A stretch of 63,090 nt of DNA, the filler included, from Eubacteriales bacterium (GTDB lineage Bacteria; Bacillota; Clostridia; Oscillospirales; CAG-382), in NCBI GenBank assembly GCA_045636665.1. It is 8 parts of 8 records of this genome, joined end to end, with 100 filler letters (N's around TTAATTAATTAA, not from the genome) between each part and the next. Parts side by side here need not be neighbours in the genome. Positions count along the whole stretch, not along the records: positions 60,885 to 63,090 come from JAZTXY010000027.1; 7 more parts are not named here. One strand, written 5' to 3'. How positions within the stretch are numbered: the stretch's first letter is position 1; each line of letters begins with the position of its first letter. The translations under genes were made by a program, and so were the position numbers. This document shows positions 60,953-63,090 of the stretch, one piece after another. Under the pieces are notes generated by a model. It made no database searches. It was not told the origin of the DNA and was given only the letters and a program-made list of their open reading frames with translations.

Positions 60953-62083
60953 TTATTTCATCCTTTTTGATAAATCGTGAGCAATTTCGTTGAGAATAAC
61001 GATTGCCTTATCCACCTCATTCTCCGTCGACAAGGGAGAGAAGCTTATACGCAAAACGCCGTCCGCTGTTTTTTCATCGTAACCGCAAGCCAAAATCACT
61101 TTACTGTAACGATTTTTTGCATTCGAAGAGCAAGCAGAACCCGTACCGATAATCAAACCCTTATCATTTGCCATATGTAAGAGGATTTCCCCTCGCAAAC
61201 CGACCGCCGCTACGCTCAAAATATACGGTGTCCCCATTTCCGAAGATAAGCGGGTATAAACCTCTTTATCAAGCAAAGACCAAAGCAGTTCTCGATAGCC
61301 TTTTAACCTTTCGAAATCCGCTTTTAAGGTGGCAAATTTCTCTTCTGCCGCATATTGAAAATGCTGGATGCCGAATACGTTTTCCGTACCGCTTCTTCTA
61401 CCGCCTTCTTGCCCGCCGCCGATAAGATACGGGGGTAATTGCAAGGTTTTGCGCTTAATCAAAGCGCCCACCCCTTTCAGTCCACCGATTTTATGCGCGC
61501 TAATCGAATATAAATCAATCTCTTTGCCCAGCTTAAAGGGAATTTTGCCATATCCTTGCACGCCATCACAATGGAAAATGACGCGAGGATTTTTTTGCTT
61601 TACAAGCTTTGCGATAGCGTTGACGTCGTTGATTGCGCCGATTTCATTATTCACGTGCATAACGGACACAAATGAAGTCTTTTCATCCACCAAATCAAGC
61701 AATGCCTTCACGTTTACCCTGCCATCCTTTTCTAACGGCGCAAAACGAGGCTCCGCAACACCACGGTTTTTCAGCTCGTGAAAAGCCGCGCTCACAGCAG
61801 AATGTTCTCCAGCGGTCGTTACAGCATTTCCCCTTTTTGCGAAGGAAAAGATGGCTTGGTTATCCGATTCCGTTCCACAAGAGGTAAATACCAACTCGAA
61901 GAAGGTCTCGTCCGCTATTTTAGAAAGCAAAACGGAGCGCGCCTTTTTCAGCTCGCTCTGTAATGCAAACCCCTCGTTATACATACCCGAAGGGTTATAA
62001 AATTTTTCCGTTACGTATGCGCTAGCTCGGTCGAATGCCGTTAAAGAGGGTTTCGTCGTCGCAGCGTTATCTAAATATATCAT
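60953..62083 (-). CDS. Cysteine desulfurase (IscS/NifZ type, ThiI partner)
   Basis: IYLDNAATT, HVNNEIG, SAHKIGG, GGGQE..RSGTEN, GSACSS. Confidence 0.93.
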   Translation of the reverse strand: MIYLDNAATTKPSLTAFDRASAYVTEKFYNPSGMYNEGFALQSELKKARSVLLSKIADETFFELVFTSCGTESDNQAIFSFAKRGNAVTTAGEHSAVSAAFHELKNRGVAEPRFAPLEKDGRVNVKALLDLVDEKTSFVSVMHVNNEIGAINDVNAIAKLVKQKNPRVIFHCDGVQGYGKIPFKLGKEIDLYSISAHKIGGLKGVGALIKRKTLQLPPYLIGGGQEGGRRSGTENVFGIQHFQYAAEEKFATLKADFERLKGYRELLWSLLDKEVYTRLSSEMGTPYILSVAAVGLRGEILLHMANDKGLIIGTGSACSSNAKNRYSKVILACGYDEKTADGVLRISFSPLSTENEVDKAIVILNEIAHDLSKRMK

Positions 62084-62676
62084 GCTTTTGCCTGCTTCTT
62101 TTCTTGTGCCACGTAATCACTTTCGAGTTTATTACGCTTTGCAAACTTTAAGATGTTCATCAACATCAACTCTCGGCATTCCAACACAAACAGCTTTCTA
62201 CCGTTATATTCCGCTAAAACATACATAAAGAACTTACCATCAGCAGCAATATCATTAGAGGTACAAAGCACCGTTTTTACGTTGGGATCGTTTCTAAAAC
62301 GGTCAAAGGAAGGATTATCCACGTCACCGAACTGAATCATATCCTCACAATCGATGCGCGCCACTAACTTTCTTCTATTGACATTGATGACCTTGGAAAT
62401 ACGCAATTCCCCCGATACAAACACATAATCATAGCTGATATTAATGCGGAACTTCCACATACGCAGTAAAAACCACGCTGCAAGAAGCCAAAGGAAAACC
62501 ATACCCCAAGCCAACCAAGCACCAGGCGAGGTGATATCTATCGTATTGAAACCGATGATTACCCAAAAGATGGCCAAGGCGATAAACACACCCGACGCTA
62601 TGCTTAAAATATTATATTTTTTCTGCTTTTTTTCCGAATTATTCGCTATTGCGCTTTCCTCGTAAAAAACATCCAT
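62080..62676 (-). CDS. Conserved membrane protein (DUF6106-like)
   Basis: MDVFYE, two TM segments, YDYVFVSGELRISKVIN..RRK. Confidence 0.75.
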   Translation of the reverse strand: MDVFYEESAIANNSEKKQKKYNILSIASGVFIALAIFWVIIGFNTIDITSPGAWLAWGMVFLWLLAAWFLLRMWKFRINISYDYVFVSGELRISKVINVNRRKLVARIDCEDMIQFGDVDNPSFDRFRNDPNVKTVLCTSNDIAADGKFFMYVLAEYNGRKLFVLECRELMLMNILKFAKRNKLESDYVAQEKKQAKA

Positions 62677-62694
62677 TGAAAGATCCTACCTACT

Positions 62695-63090
62695 TTAAAT
62701 TTCGAACATACCTTCGTAAACGGTCTTCACGCTACCGAGCAATTCAATCGTACCATCCGAATGATAGTTAACCGTCAAGTCACCGCCGCGCAATTTTACC
62801 GTTACGTTGGTATCTTTTTCACAATATCCTGCAAGTACAGCCGCAACAACCGCCGCACAAGCCCCCGAGCCGCATGCCCAAGTTTCACCGCAACCGCGTT
62901 CCCATACACGCATCTTAATCGTTACCTTGTTTACCACGCGAATGAATTCCGTATTAATCCCTTCGGGGAAATATTCACAGTTTTCAAACTCGGAACCGAT
63001 TGCTTGTACGTTGATAGCGTCTACCTTATCGCTGAAGATTACGCAATGAGGGTTGCCAAGGCTTACAAGGGTTACCTTATAATCGATACC
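62695..63090 (-). CDS. dapF: Diaminopimelate epimerase, C-terminal part (extends beyond window)
   Basis: GNPHCV, FPEGINTEF, RVWERG.GET.ACGSGACA. Confidence 0.93.
   Translation of the reverse strand, partial: GIDYKVTLVSLGNPHCVIFSDKVDAINVQAIGSEFENCEYFPEGINTEFIRVVNKVTIKMRVWERGCGETWACGSGACAAVVAAVLAGYCEKDTNVTVKLRGGDLTVNYHSDGTIELLGSVKTVYEGMFEI

Overview
This is not one contiguous locus. It is eight contig pieces of a draft or MAG-type assembly from a Clostridia-like Firmicute, joined by artificial 100-nt linkers (44 N + TTAATTAATTAA + 44 N). MGI/BGI adapter remnants sit at two contig starts. Contig 1 (1-8748): an HTH/LuxR regulator, a small Cys-rich protein and a giant VWA/Spy0128-type adhesin, plus argF and an amino-acid ABC transporter. 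Contig 2 (8849-18023): tandem lipoprotein paralogs, a MATE pump, a HAD hydrolase, an OmpR-type two-component system enclosing an unknown gene, and a radical SAM gene. It ends with a hairpin array, a four-helix-bundle pseudogene and the end of an element apparently integrated at the guaA 3' end (orphan TIEWE-stop att core). Contig 3 (18124-48031) holds the most interesting system, about 24.6 kb. A 2384-aa membrane-anchored subtilase with LRR/Ig domains, an Opp peptide ABC importer and five or more lipoproteins (two TlpA thioredoxins, and an unnamed repeated WLxxCxY domain) are transcribed divergently from a CxECIGLG membrane protein and a 4Fe-4S membrane protein fused to a third TlpA. I infer a 'reduce-cleave-import' protein-utilisation locus. 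It is followed by a probable 6S RNA, a cysteine desulfurase/DUF3343 pair and an ECF sigma/anti-sigma pair. Contigs 4-8 are mostly housekeeping fragments (ileS-lspA-rluD-tkt, GDPD, two non-identical overlapping proS pieces, rarA-plsY-der-DUF512, thiI-desulfurase-dapF). All family assignments are from motif recognition by eye; no searches were run.
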